A stretch of 64,000 nucleotides of DNA from Eledone cirrhosa (Eukaryota). Both the position numbers and the translations under genes were made by a program. The stretch spans positions 4,898,001 through 4,962,000 of the forward strand of contig OZ024762.1 of assembly GCA_964016885.1 (NCBI GenBank), in the 5' to 3' direction. Of this stretch, positions 1 to 13,646 are shown piece after piece; within the stretch, counting starts at the first letter, position 1; every line of letters starts with the position of its first letter. The notes under the pieces were generated by a model, which was given only the letters and a program-made list of their open reading frames with translations, searched no databases and was not told the origin of the DNA.

Positions 1-655
1 GGCAAAGTCAACCTCGGCGGGATTTGAACTCAGATCGTAAAGGGACGTAACTATGCTGCAAAGCATGGAGTCTGACCCTCTACCGATACTGCAAATCCAA
101 TAAAACAAAAATAATATTTGCGAAAATATATTTTATAACACCCCTAAAAATGTTTCTCCCCAGTAAAGAACTAACATCCATAAAAGAATGTTACACATAT
201 GTATCATCTATCGACAATATGACACACATACGCTTGTTTAATAAAATAGAAGTTCTCTGATCATTATTTTACAAGAATTGGCAGTATCGGTAGAAGGTCG
301 GACGCCATGCTTTGACGTATAGAGTTACGGCCCTTGCCATTCTGAGTTCAAATCCCGCCGAGGTTAACTTTGCCTTTCATCCTTACGGGGTCGATAAAAT
401 AAAGTACCAGTAATCTACTGGGTTATTGCTGGCCTTGTGCCAAAAGTAGAAACAATTATTTTACAAATGGATTAGCAGTATCGGTAGAGGGTCGGACGCT
501 ATGCTTTGCAGCACAGAGTTACGCCCCTTTATGATCTGAGTTCAAATCCCGCCAAGGTTAACTTTGCCTTTCATCCTTACGGGGGTCGATAAAATAAAGT
601 ACCGGTAATGCACTGGGTAATTGCTGGTCTTGTGCCAAACGTAGAAACAATTATT
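1..655. mobile_element. Cluster of tRNA-derived SINE copies (1-97 minus, ~277-458 plus, ~468-655 plus)
   Basis: A box TGGCAGTATCGG, B box GAGTTCAAATCC, core GCCTTTCATCCTTACGGGGTCGATAAAATAAAGTACC, tail ..GTAGAAACAATTATT. More than 30 copies or fragments across the window. Confidence 0.85.
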
Positions 656-1036
656 TTACAAATGTATTATATTTATCTTTTTTTTTAAATTCATGAGTGG
701 TCCGCGGGATTTAAGATCATGAATTTAGTGGTCGGTGAGGTCCGAAAGGTTAGCGACCGCTGCCCTATTTCACTCACAAGACACATTGGTCGATCCGAAA
801 CTACTGTTGTAGAAAAAACGAAAAAGCATGTTTTTCAGTCAATCACTATAAAGCATGCATGAGTAACTCTGAAGACTTCACTAGTTTCATGGATTTTCAA
901 CATATTTTATTCATATTTTAGTCCGACTTCTTCTCTTCCATTGTTCAGTTTATAAAATCAGACTACCCATAACTTCACGGCTATAATCCTAAGTCCTCTC
1001 AACGTAAGCCATGTTTGACTAATAAATACACCATTA

Positions 1037-1222
1037 TGGATTGGCAGTATCGGTAGAGAGTCGGACTCCATGCTTTCCAGCATAGTTTGCGTCCCTTTAC
1101 GGTCTGAGTTCAAATCCCGCCGAGGTTAACTTTGCCTTTCATCCTTACGGGGTCGATAAAATAAAGTACCAGTAATGTACTGGGTAATTGCTGGCCTTGT
1201 GCCAAAAGTAGAAACAATTATT
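1037..1222 (+). mobile_element. tRNA-derived SINE
   Basis: Full A box, B box, core and tail of the same family. Confidence 0.85.
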
Positions 1223-1290
1223 ACTAGCAGAAAACCGCCGTATGGTGGATTTCTGCTAGCATATGTAGTGTGCATATTGGTATTATACGC
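1223..1290 (-). mobile_element. Helitron-like non-autonomous 3' end (hairpin + CTAG); related copies at ~39790-39870 and ~40870-40937
   Basis: GCTAGCAGAAA..TTTCTGCTAG(T) hairpin preceded by shared TATAATACCAATATGCACACTACATAT in all three copies. Confidence 0.45.
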
Positions 1291-1339
1291 AAATATATAT
1301 GCATATAGATATGATATATAAATTGAAAAGTAAATTGAC

Positions 1340-1965
1340 AATATCTTTTTCTTCTTCGCCCACTTATTTCTGTAGGTCATGAGGACAGAATCCTTCTCAA
1401 ACACTCCTGACAGTGAGTCTGTCAGAAGCAAACATTTCTAACTGATCCAGCTGGATCCCAAAGCGTGACCAGCAAAACTCATAGATGTTATCCAACTATC
1501 TTGCTTAGGGTCTACCTCTGGGTCTCTTGCCGGTTGGTTGTACCTGTAAAATCTGTCCAGGGATTCCTTCCTAGGACATAACCACATACCCATAGATTCT
1601 AAGTAGCGGCTCTAACAGGAGTGACTCTCTGATCTCCGAGCTATGCACTTTATCGAGTAACGTTACCCAAGATTCATGACGTTACCCAAGATTCATGACG
1701 TTACCCAAGATTCATGACCCTCGGTAAGGGTCGGCAGGAATACCAGGAAGACAGCGAGGAATACCAGGAAGACAGCGAGTTTGGCTTTTACACCTACCTT
1801 CCTTTCTCTGATGACTGAATGCTGAGGCTGGCGCATTACTGCATCAGCTTTTACAATTCTTGCACTTAATTCAACCTCCCGCCTTCTATCACTCATGAAC
1901 ACGACCCTGTGATACTTGAACTTCTCTACCTGCTTCAGTAGAACTTTATTCACATGTATATAAAT
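1340..1965 (-). mobile_element. RTE-clade (Rex3/Expander-like) LINE 3' fragment
   Basis: KQVEKFKY..ELSARI..KAKLAVF..PTLTEGHESWV; homologous to 52210-52740 and 43440-43575. Confidence 0.75.
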
Positions 1966-2082
1966 TTGGGTGACTTCTGTCCATCCGTCCATCACACAAT
2001 GTGTGTGTGTGTTTGTGTGAATGTATATGTGTAAAAGGAAGGAAGGGGATACACACATATATGTGTCTAACTTACAAACGGT

Positions 2083-2154
<72 letters not shown>

Positions 2155-2659
2155 TCTAATTTAAGGTCGCCAACAAACTCACGCGCGCGCACATACACAC
2201 ACTGTCCTATTACCACTTAAGAGCTTTGACCCGAGCAAACATTTCAATTTTAGAATCGTCTGGGTTGTCCAGAATATATGGGGAAAACCTGGTGGTCTTA
2301 CCCTGTGCCCCTGGTCGAGAGGCACGTGCCTTATCTCGGACGTCACAGTTAGTGACTCTTTTGCTTCTTCCCACATCCTGGATGCTGTGGTTGGGGCGAG
2401 AGCCACAGCTTCCACAGTTGAACGGAACAAAATCCTAAAAAGCCTGATCTGTCGGCGAACTACATTTTCCAGTCTGTGGCGTTAGAGACGTTTGAGGAAG
2501 TCGAGCCACTGATTGCGCGAGATCCCTATCTTCACTGGCGGCTCACCTAACAGAGTTAACTGTTGATGCTCGTGAGGGCGCTTGGTTGTTCCTGCACCCC
2601 AGCCTCGCTATCACCCGATTATAGTTATATACTCATACATATAAATGTATGTATATACA

Positions 2660-2930
2660 CATACAGGGAGTTTGTTGCTGCTACTCTTATTTGTGCTTCA
2701 CCTTGTGCTGTGGGTTCATGGTCAGTAGAGTGTCGAGATGTCTCTTGAAAATATCTACATGCACACCCTGTACATCTCTCAAATTTTTGGGGCAGCTTAT
2801 TAAAAAGCTGGGGTCCCTTGAGCCCCAGGCTATTACAGTATGTGGTCCTACTGTGTTGGAAAATAAACGTCATTTGGTCATTCCATGAGAGTATCTTGCT
2901 CAACCTATTAACTGTTCAGCCTACCCTCGT
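2660..2930 (-). mobile_element. CR1/L2-group LINE 3' fragment
   Basis: NSLGLKGPQLFNKLP..EPTAQG..RVAATNSL C-terminal ORF2 signature, frameshifted. Confidence 0.55.
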
Positions 2931-2939
2931 ACACACATT

Positions 2940-3192
2940 TAATCCCGCTTGCAAAGGTCACTCCTGCAAAAATGGAGATATTTAAAGGACGGAGACGTTG
3001 TGTGTGACTGCCGCATCGAGCCACAGACCTCACAGCACCTCTTGATATGCCCCCTGCTGAAACACCCTTGCACAGCATTGAACTTGGCAGAGTTTAATGA
3101 GAAAGAACAGCAATGTGTTCAGCTGTGGTGGAACCACATCTAGCCAAGCTTTGTAATTGACACTCTTCTGGACATGACAAGAAAAAAAAAGA
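2940..3192 (+). mobile_element. RTE-X-like LINE 3' end
   Basis: LQKWRY..CDC..QTSQHLLICP zinc-knuckle-like C-terminus, stop, short UTR and A-rich tail. Confidence 0.6.
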
Positions 3193-3378
3193 ATCCTGCT
3201 TTTAAATAAATCGGTTTACTACTTCGAAGCTTCAGTGATTGTAGTTTTTCACTAAACGGATTTATCTTGCTATGAAAATACATTGATATTTCAACAAATC
3301 GGAAACAAAAGAAACTGCTCTCTCTCTCTCTCTCCCTCTCTCTCCCCCTCTCCCTTTGTCTCTCTCTCTCTCGCGCGC

Positions 3379-3523
3379 GCACACTCCTTCAAAGCACTAT
3401 TATCACGTGACAGTATATCTGACAGTATTTTTTTTATAGTTGTTTTGACATTTCTTTCGACTGTCAAACAACGCTTCCTATGGTTGTTTTCAAATTGTAA
3501 ACAAATTTCTCGTTTGATCGGGG
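3379..3523 (+). promoter_or_regulatory. Putative promoter/5'UTR of exon A, conserved with exon B; E-box ATCACGTGAC (3402-3411), forkhead-like GTAAACAA (3497-3504)
   Basis: Near-identical to 20984-21113. Motifs read directly; function inferred. Confidence 0.55.
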
Positions 3524-4034
3524 ATGGCTGAAAACGGAGATGTTAATTCAGATAATGATGCGGTTTATAAACGAGAAGACATATCAAGTGATAGATTACA
3601 AGAGAGACCCAGCGAGTCATCCAAAGGGGGAACGAAACTTGTCACTATAAAATCGGAAAATGAGATATTTACTGGCAAAGATGGATTATTGGAACTAAAT
3701 ATAAACCACTCGTGCAAAGTCTACATTCTTGTGGCCCTAGCTCAATGTTCGGTATTGTCATTGGGCTATGATTTGGGTGTGTCTTCAGGCGCTTTACTTG
3801 TACTTAAAGAAACCGTGCAGTTATCATCATTTTGGCAACAGTTAATAATTGCTGGACCCCTACCGTTGGCATTCATAGTTTCTTTCATTGCATCGAAAAT
3901 TTGCGATTCATTTGGCCGTAAAAAAACTATCATGGCCAGTAGTGTCTCATATTTCGTTGGATCTATCATTTCTGGAAATGCAGTGGATGAATATATGCTT
4001 TTATTCGGAAGATGTTTGGTGGGCTGTGGATTCG
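3524..4034 (+). CDS. SLC2A13: First coding exon A of an SLC2A13/HMIT-like MFS sugar porter (N-tail + TM1-TM4; 170 codons + 1 nt, phase-1 donor)
   Basis: ATG at 3524. Translation has GYDLGVSSGALL (TM1), WQQLII (TM2), DSFGRK (sugar-porter loop motif) and GRCLVGCGFG (TM4), matching HMIT GYDTGVVSGAMLL/WQELLV/FGRR/GRLVVGLGIG as I recall it. Donor G|GTAAGC follows 4034; the ORF beyond is low-complexity intron. The symbol means family-level similarity only. Confidence 0.88.
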
Positions 4035-5171
4035 GTAAGCGACCAAAGAGTTTTTTTGTTATTCTTCTTTACAGTTTTTCAACTGGTCCTCATTTTAAAT
4101 CACCATCCTTAGTCATGTATATGTGTGTAAATGTGCATCTGTGTGTGTGTGGCTATATGTATTTGAGTGTTTGTGTGTATGTCGTTATGCGTGTTTGAGT
4201 GTGTGTGGTTATGTGTGCATGTATGTGGTTATGTATGTTTGTTTGTATGTGTGTGTATGTGTGTACGTGGTTATGTGTGTTTCAGTCTGTGTGTGTGTGT
4301 GTGGTTATGTGTGTTTCTTTTTGTCTAATTATGTGAATTTTGCTGGTTAAAGAAAGAACTGGTCTTTAACAGAGAACCAAAGTTCTATCATTAGAATTTA
4401 GAGAACAAAAACAGTGAGCATCACAGGTTAAACTTTTAGAAACGTCTTGCATGTTTTTACTGTTCCACTTACAGGTTGTATGAATTAATAATCTGAATAT
4501 GGTTTGGTAGTGACCCGTACCTCCCGTGAGGGTCGTAAGGGTGCTATAATCATATACGGCTTTACTATGGCACAATACATCCCCTCTCCAGGTCTGAACA
4601 CAGCCGGTTTCTACCAGAGAAGGAGGGAGAGTTAGTTTGAGGAAGTGAGAAAGAGCAAGAATCGACCACAGTACTAAACTGGTACTTCTTTTTATCGCCC
4701 TCGAATTAATGAAAGCAAAGTTGACCTCGGCAGGATTTGAACTCAGAGAGTGCCGAAACGAATACCGCAAATCATTCTATCCGACGTTCTAACGACTCTC
4801 CCTATAGACGTATATGAGTATAGAAGCGGGAAATGTCAATGCAATGGTCCTTAATTTGCTCATTTTGGAAAAGAAAAACTTTCATTTGGAGAAACAGGTG
4901 ACCTATATGGCTGTATATACGTACCAATGCCAAACCTGACCGTTAAAACGAAAGTCCCGACTGCAGTTTCACCGAATCCGTTTGCAACAATATGCACTTT
5001 AGAAGTGCATCATCACTGTGAGGTTGATAAAGCTTATCAAAAGACCCCTCAAAAAGGATTGTTTCTTGACACGTTCGTAGCAAGGGAGAAATTCTCGAGA
5101 GGTGGTGGGAGAAATCATCGAGCAAAACGTGTTAAGGCGGACATACACATATGAATATGTGTGTGTATATC

Positions 5172-5212
<41 letters not shown>

Positions 5213-5374
5213 CAGGATGGGGCGGTAAAAACCAGTTAGACCATTACTCACCAGAGTACTCGATACTTGGGGTAGTAAAGTGGGTAATATGAAAAATTCA
5301 GGACTCCGAGTTAGGATCTAGTTGTTGAAACGGCCAGAGCTCAGCCGTGATAGACTCAATATATATATATATAT

Positions 5375-5592
5375 CTAAGGCGGGTAAAATTCCCGAGATC
5401 CATGGACGAGTTCTCTCCAGCGGTCTCTGTCCCTCATTATCGCTGCCATATCCTGCATCTCCAACAGACCAGTGTCTGTCCTTAGGGCATCAACATATGT
5501 TAACCTTGGTCTTCCTCTTCTAGTGTGTCCATGTAGGGGCTCCCAAAGGAGCACTGAGTGCAATGTCAACTCTGGATGTCGGTGAGCATGTC
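5375..5592 (-). mobile_element. RTE-type LINE 3' end with (TA)n tail; near-identical copy at 23927-24082 (-), fragment at 34668-34798 (+)
   Basis: AGHAHRHPE..LLWEPLHG..RGRPRLTYVD..MRDRDRWR, stop, then (TA)n. Confidence 0.8.
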
Positions 5593-6550
5593 CAGCCAAC
5601 CTCAGTCTCCTCTGTATAAAGTAAAAAACAAAAATACAAAAACAATAACGAAGAGTGCAGTACGAACACTGGAAAATGATATCTGTAGTAGTAAAGCACT
5701 AAGTCCAAGCCATACACAAGGGGTATTCCGTCTTGTGGATTGTGCATTGAAGAAAGGACCAATATCCTGGGAAGATTACGCAATAACGATTGCCTAAATT
5801 CAGGGAATGAGCTTTTTTCACGTTTTCCACACGTCTGGAAACACCTCTTGCATAATTACAAAGCTCCAGATTGAATAACATCACCATTCTAACGTTTATT
5901 TGTGAGTGCCCGTTAAAAACTCACGAAAATATACCGACAGGAAACTTGTTTTATTTGGAGAAAATTAAGAAGTACAGTTTAGCTGTCTACGTGCATTGTT
6001 CATAGAAATATTGTTGAGCCCCTTCTTTTCACACTCCTCTGTTTTGGCCTTTTGGAATAAATGTGAAAGAGAAAGTCACAGGTTAAGTTGGCAGAAGGTT
6101 CCAGTGTCATAGCAGTAAGGCGTAGGTTACTTACCTCAAAAGTTCATTCGCACTCTTTCCACTAAGTTACTCTTTCCCTCTATCCCTTTCGGAGCAGTCC
6201 CTTGTAAATTTTTTGCATAGGCCTGGTGTAGATTTGTATCCGATCCATCTGCCCGATGCACATGTCCGCTTTGTACGGATTTTGGAGGAAGGAGTGACCA
6301 GCAGTACGTTGTTCGGTATTATTACGAAAAGGTGTAGCAGAGAATCCCGCGTGAACTAACAGCTCGGGAGGAAACTGCTTTATTCGCTATCGTTCTTGTC
6401 AACGTTCCGTTTACTTGGTATTTGTTGGTCTACATCTACAGTTAGATGAGTGGCGCACAAAGAGTTAATGTTTATTGGCGAGAAGTTTTTTGAATAATAA
6501 AAGACGGGTTCAAGCGACCTATATATATATAGTATTAAGGATACTATTTA

Positions 6551-7060
<510 letters not shown>

Positions 7061-7829
7061 GCTGGGTGTGAGGTCAAAGAGGATACTGGGGAGGGGGGGA
7101 GGAGGTCGAAACGGTAAGTAGAACAATGAAAGGTAAAACTATAAAAGGTACTGAGAGAGAAAAAAAAAATAAGCAAAATCTGGTTACTAAGACATAAGTC
7201 TCTCGCTATTACTAGGCTAAAGAAATACATAAATAAATAAATAAACAAATAAGTGAATAAAAGAATAGATAAATAAATTTTAAAAAAATATATATATATA
7301 TATATATAATGTAGAATAAAAAAATAAATAATAATAATAGAAATAAACTAGGTGGGACGGAAATAAAGGGACCCTTATACGTGCGTGTATCGTACAGTGA
7401 CGGGTCAACAAAGGGGGGGGGGGCAGAATACTAAAGAGACTACCACGAAAATAATAAAGGTTTCTACCCCAATCACAGGGCCAGCAACCACCCAGTGCAA
7501 GAAAGTAAACTAGTACGAGAATATAATTCAGGGTCCCGCAAAAAAATACTAGTGCTAACTCTAAGGGTACCGCCACGAAACAAAAAGTCTTATACAAGCT
7601 ACATGAAAGATCGTACGAAGTAAAAGTAAAGAACAGAAAATTAATACAGGAACACCCCCCCACCCACCCCAAAAAAGGGAAAAAGAAGAAAGAAATACTG
7701 GATAAACGAGAAATTAAAGCAAAGATGCCACTAAGAAATATAGAAGGCACGGAAAAAAGTGACAGCGGTCGGAGAGGGGGGCGAGTATCCGAAGTCTAAC
7801 ACCTCTGCTATAAAAAGCGGTACCTTATT

Positions 7830-8994
7830 GGAGAAATAGGAAAAGTTGACAGGAGCGACACTAAACCCGGAAAAGTCCATGCCGTTCAACAGCGTCGTTG
7901 GGCGCTGGATGGACGGACCGGTAAAGTTGTTCGGGATTTGGTTCAAATCAGACCTCCAAGTGGATAAGAATTGGGACGAGGTGAGAATCAGCGTGGCCAC
8001 TCTCACCCAGAAATGGACCAAGAGGAAGCTTTCACTGAAAGGTCGGACGGAGGTGGCGAACGTGTACATCGTGTCCGTCATCTACTGCCGCCTGGCCGTT
8101 ATGCCCTGCCCCTTTTCGCGCCTCGACAAATTGGAACGGTTCCTCTTCAACTTCTTGTGGAGGGCACGGGTTCCGTTGGTGAGGCTGTCCATCTGCTGCC
8201 AGCACCCTCTACGCGGAGGCATGTCGTGGCTAATGATGCACAAACATGCGTTGAGGCTGCGGCATCTCCAGATATTCTGCCTAAACGGTGAACAGGTATG
8301 GTCGCTGTTTGTGAGACGGGCCATTCCGCAGCTCGTCTCTTTCACTGAGCTGCAGTCCTGGGTCAGAAGAGACCGAGACTGGGCGATTGGCATCTGGAAT
8401 GTTTCCAGGCGCTCACTGCCCTCTACCAGGCGGGAAATGCGATCAGTGGGACTTCCACTCTAGAGTTCTATAGAGGATTTCGGGGAGATTCTAGACGTCG
8501 ACGAGAACGAACTAGGCAGTCTTTTCCGGAAGACTTTCGAGCCGGGGACCATGGACAATTTCCAGAAATCCCCCGCTTGGCAGTGCTACTGGGGAGCCCT
8601 GTCAATTCGAGATAATCACTATATGCACGGTAGTACTGTCAGACGGAGCTGTCCGAGATGCGCGCAGAGCAACGAAACCGATTTGCACGCACTCGTCCTG
8701 TGCCCGTGTATTGCTGACTTATGGAGTTATGTCGAACAGCTGTTATCGCGTGTGGGCCAGATCCGGCTGTCGACCGAGTCCATAGTGAAGATCTCCCCGC
8801 CGCTTTCTTTTGGCCGGGAAGAGCAGGCAGTTTTCCTTTCTGATAGCTGTAGTGAAAGTGGTTGTGTGGTGGACGTGACTGAATGATCAGAAGACATTTT
8901 CCTCTTCGGCCAAGCCCTCCTCAACTTTTTCAAGTTTCCCTTGGAAAAGAAGATGAGGGTGGAGAGAAAAATGCTGTAACCCCAATGTATGTAA
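7830..8994 (+). mobile_element. L1/Tx1-clade LINE ORF2 3' part (decayed)
   Basis: KLSLKGRTEVAN..LFNFLW..GG and CPRC..ETDLHALVLCP motifs, frameshifted. The 3'UTR resumes after the satellite at 13620-13660. Confidence 0.8.
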
Positions 8995-11900
8995 CCCCAC
9001 TGTCCCCTGTCTTTGTATTGTCCCCTATGTTCCCCACTGTCCCCTGTCTTTGTATTGTCCTCTATGTTCCCCACTGTCCCCTGTTTTTGTACTGTCCTCT
9101 ATGTTCCCCACTGTCCCCTGTTTTTGTACTGTCCTCTATGTTCCCCACTGTCCCCTGTCTTTGTATTGTCCCCTATGTTCCCCACTGTCCCCTGTCTTTG
9201 TATTGTCCCCTATGTTCCCCACTGTCCCCTGTCTTTGTATTGTCCCCTATGTTCCCCACTGTCCCCTGTCTTTGTATTGTCCCCTATGTTCCCCACTGTC
9301 CCCTGTCTTTGTATTGTCCCCTATGTTCCCCACTGTCCCCTGTCTTTGTATTGTCCTCTATGTTCCCCACTGTCCCCTGTCTTTGTATTGTCCCCTATGT
9401 TCCCCACTGTCCCCTGTCTTTGTATTGTCCTCTATGTTCCCCACTGTCCCCTGTCTTTGTATTGTCCTCTATGTTCCCCACTGTCCCCTGTCTTTGTACT
9501 GTCCTCTATGTTCCCCACTGTCCCCTGTCTTTGTACTGTCCTCTATGTTCCCCACTGTCCCCTGTTTTTGTACTGTCCTCTATGTTCCCCACTGTCCCCT
9601 GTCTTTGTATTGTCCTCTATGTTCCCCACTGTCCCCTGTCTTTGTATTGTCCTCTATGTTCCCCACTGTCCCCTGTCTTTGTATTGTCCTCTATGTTCCC
9701 CACTGTCCCCTGTCTTTGTACTGTCCTCTATGTTCCCCACTGTCCCCTGTCTTTGTACTGTCCTCTATGTTCCCCACTGTCCCCTGTTTTTGTACTGTCC
9801 TCTATGTTCCCCACTGTCCCCTGTCTTTGTATTGTCCTCTATGTTCCCCACTGTCCCCTGTCTTTGTACTGTCCTCTATGTTCCCCACTGTCCCCTGTCT
9901 TTGTACTGTCCTCTATGTTCCCCACTGTCCCCTGTCTTTGTACTGTCCTCTATGTTCCCCACTGTCCCCTGTCTTTGTATTGTCCTCTATGTTCCCCACT
10001 GTCCCCTGTCTTTGTATTGTCCTCTATGTTCCCCACTGTCCCCTGTCTTTGTATTGTCCTCTATGTTCCCCACTGTCCCCTGTCTTTGTATTGTCCTCTA
10101 TGTTCCCCACTGTCCCCTGTCTTTGTATTGTCCTCTATGTTCCCCACTGTCCCCTGTTTTTGTACTGTCCTCTATGTTCCCCACTGTCCCCTGTCTTTGT
10201 ATTGTCCTCTATGTTCCCCACTGTCCCCTGTCTTTGTATTGTCCTCTATGTTCCCCACTGTCCCCTGTCTTTGTATTGTCCTCTATGTTCCCCACTGTCC
10301 CCTGTTTTTGTACTGTCCTCTATGTTCCCCACTGTCCCCTGTCTTTGTATTGTCCCCTATGTTCCCCACTGTCCCCTGTCTTTGTATTGTCCCCTATGTT
10401 CCCCACTGTCCCCTGTCTTTGTATTGTCCTCTATGTTCCCCACTGTCCCCTGTTTTTGTACTGTCCTCTATGTTCCCCACTGTCCCCTGTCTTTGTATTG
10501 TCCCCTATGTTCCCCACTGTCCCCTGTCTTTGTATTGTCCCCTATGTTCCCCACTGTCCCCTGTCTTTGTATTGTCCTCTATGTTCCCCACTGTCCCCTG
10601 TCTTTGTATTGTCCTCTATGTTCCCCACTGTCCCCTGTCTTTGTATTGTCCCCTATGTTCCCCACTGTCCCCTGTCTTTGTACTGTCCTCTATGTTCCCC
10701 ACTGTCCCCTGTCTTTGTATTGTCCTCTATGTTCCCCACTGTCCCCTGTCTTTGTATTGTCCCCTATGTTCCCCACTGTCCCCTGTCTTTGTACTGTCCT
10801 CTATGTTCCCCACTGTCCCCTGTCTTTGTATTGTCCTCTATGTTCCCCACTGTCCCCTGTCTTTGTATTGTCCTCTATGTTCCCCACTGTCCCCTGTCTT
10901 TGTACTGTCCTCTATGTTCCCCACTGTCCCCTGTCTTTGTATTGTCCTCTATGTTCCCCACTGTCCCCTGTCTTTGTATTGTCCTCTATGTTCCCCACTG
11001 TCCCCTGTCTTTGTACTGTCCTCTATGTTCCCCACTGTCCCCTGTCTTTGTATTGTCCTCTATGTTCCCCACTGTCCCCTGTCTTTGTATTGTCCCCTAT
11101 GTTCCCCACTGTCCCCTGTCTTTGTACTGTCCTCTATGTTCCCCACTGTCCCCTGTCTTTGTATTGTCCTCTATGTTCCCCACTGTCCCCTGTCTTTGTA
11201 TTGTCCCCTATGTTCCCCACTGTCCCCTGTCTTTGTACTGTCCTCTATGTTCCCCACTGTCCCCTGTCTTTGTATTGTCCTCTATGTTCCCCACTGTCCC
11301 CTGTCTTTGTATTGTCCTCTATGTTCCCCACTGTCCCCTGTCTTTGTACTGTCCTCTATGTTCCCCACTGTCCCCTGTCTTTGTATTGTCCTCTATGTTC
11401 CCCACTGTCCCCTGTCTTTGTATTGTCCCCTATGTTCCCCACTGTCCCCTGTCTTTGTATTGTCCCCTATGTTCCCCACTGTCCCCTGTCTTTGTATTGT
11501 CCTCTATGTTCCCCACTGTCCCCTGTCTTTGTATTGTCCTCTATGTTCCCCACTGTCCCCTGTCTTTGTATTGTCCCCTATGTTCCCCACTGTCCCCTGT
11601 CTTTGTACTGTCCTCTATGTTCCCCACTGTCCCCTGTCTTTGTATTGTCCTCTATGTTCCCCACTGTCCCCTGTCTTTGTATTGTCCCCTATGTTCCCCA
11701 CTGTCCCCTGTCTTTGTACTGTCCTCTATGTTCCCCACTGTCCCCTGTCTTTGTATTGTCCTCTATGTTCCCCACTGTCCCCTGTCTTTGTATTGTCCCC
11801 TATGTTCCCCACTGTCCCCTGTCTTTGTACTGTCCTCTATGTTCCCCACTGTCCCCTGTCTTTGTATTGTCCTCTATGTTCCCCACTGTCCCCTGTCTTT

Positions 11901-13619
11901 GTATTGTCCTCTATGTTCCCCACTGTCCCCTGTCTTTGTACTGTCCTCTATGTTCCCCACTGTCCCCTGTCTTTGTATTGTCCTCTATGTTCCCCACTGT
12001 CCCCTGTCTTTGTATTGTCCTCTATGTTCCCCACTGTCCCCTGTCTTTGTACTGTCCTCTATGTTCCCCACTGTCCCCTGTCTTTGTATTGTCCTCTATG
12101 TTCCCCACTGTCCCCTGTCTTTGTATTGTCCCCTATGTTCCCCACTGTCCCCTGTCTTTGTACTGTCCTCTATGTTCCCCACTGTCCCCTGTCTTTGTAT
12201 TGTCCTCTATGTTCCCCACTGTCCCCTGTCTTTGTATTGTCCTCTATGTTCCCCACTGTCCCCTGTCTTTGTACTGTCCTCTATGTTCCCCACTGTCCCC
12301 TGTCTTTGTATTGTCCTCTATGTTCCCCACTGTCCCCTGTCTTTGTATTGTCCCCTATGTTCCCCACTGTCCCCTGTCTTTGTATTGTCCCCTATGTTCC
12401 CCACTGTCCCCTGTCTTTGTATTGTCCTCTATGTTCCCCACTGTCCCCTGTCTTTGTATTGTCCCCTATGTTCCCCACTGTCCCCTGTCTTTGTATTGTC
12501 CCCTATGTTCCCCACTGTCCCCTGTCTTTGTATTGTCCTCTATGTTCCCCACTGTCCCCTGTCTTTGTACTGTCCTCTATGTTCCCCACTGTCCCCTGTC
12601 TTTGTATTGTCCTCTATGTTCCCCACTGTCCCCTGTCTTTGTATTGTCCTCTATGTTCCCCACTGTCCCCTGTCTTTGTATTGTCCTCTATGTTCCCCAC
12701 TGTCCCCTGTCTTTGTACTGTCCTCTATGTTCCCCACTGTCCCCTGTCTTTGTATTGTCCTCTATGTTCCCCACTGTCCCCTGTCTTTGTATTGTCCTCT
12801 ATGTTCCCCACTGTCCCCTGTCTTTGTACTGTCCTCTATGTTCCCCACTGTCCCCTGTCTTTGTACTGTCCTCTATGTTCCCCACTGTCCCCTGTTTTTG
12901 TACTGTCCTCTATGTTCCCCACTGTCCCCTGTCTTTGTATTGTCCTCTATGTTCCCCACTGTCCCCTGTCTTTGTATTGTCCTCTATGTTCCCCACTGTC
13001 CCCTGTCTTTGTACTGTCCTCTATGTTCCCCACTGTCCCCTGTCTTTGTACTGTCCTCTATGTTCCCCACTGTCCCCTGTTTTTGTACTGTCCTCTATGT
13101 TCCCCACTGTCCCCTGTCTTTGTATTGTCCTCTATGTTCCCCACTGTCCCCTGTCTTTGTATTGTCCTCTATGTTCCCCACTGTCCCCTGTCTTTGTACT
13201 GTCCTCTATGTTCCCCACTGTCCCCTGTCTTTGTACTGTCCTCTATGTTCCCCACTGTCCCCTGTCTTTGTATTGTCCTCTATGTTCCCCACTGTCCCCT
13301 GTCTTTGTATTGTCCTCTATGTTCCCCACTGTCCCCTGTCTTTGTATTGTCCTCTATGTTCCCCACTGTCCCCTGTCTTTGTACTGTCCTCTATGTTCCC
13401 CACTGTCCCCTGTTTTTGTACTGTCCTCTATGTTCCCCACTGTCCCCTGTCTTTGTATTGTCCTCTATGTTCCCCACTGTCCCCTGTCTTTGTACTGTCC
13501 TCTATGTTCCCCACTGTCCCCTGTCTTTGTATTGTCCTCTATGTTCCCCACTGTCCCCTGTCTTTGTATTGTCCTCTATGTTCCCCACTGTCCCCTGTCT
13601 TTGTATTGTCCTCTATGTT
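8995..13619. repeat. 37-bp minisatellite, 125 copies (CCCCACTGTCCCCTGTYTTTGTAYTGTCCYCTATGTT)
   Basis: 4625 bp / 37 = 125 units; only three variable positions seen. Stop-free in all + frames, which explains the three giant ORFs. Confidence 0.97.
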
Positions 13620-13646
13620 TGGCCCTTGTGGCCAATAATTAAGAAA

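Noticed and set aside
277-458. tRNA genes at A-box/B-box motifs
   Set aside because: These are SINE heads followed by a constant core and tail; no full cloverleaf.
4035-4198. C-terminal extensions of the transporter ORFs (also 21703-21830 and 42593-42621), or stand-alone 4-TM proteins
   Set aside because: Protein similarity among the three and to HMIT stops exactly at a shared GT donor; the extensions are intronic low-complexity read-through.
8995-13619. CRISPR-like array (37-bp repeat)
   Set aside because: Units are head to tail with no unique spacers, no cas genes, eukaryotic context. The same applies to the 79-, 48-, 28- and 20-bp arrays.
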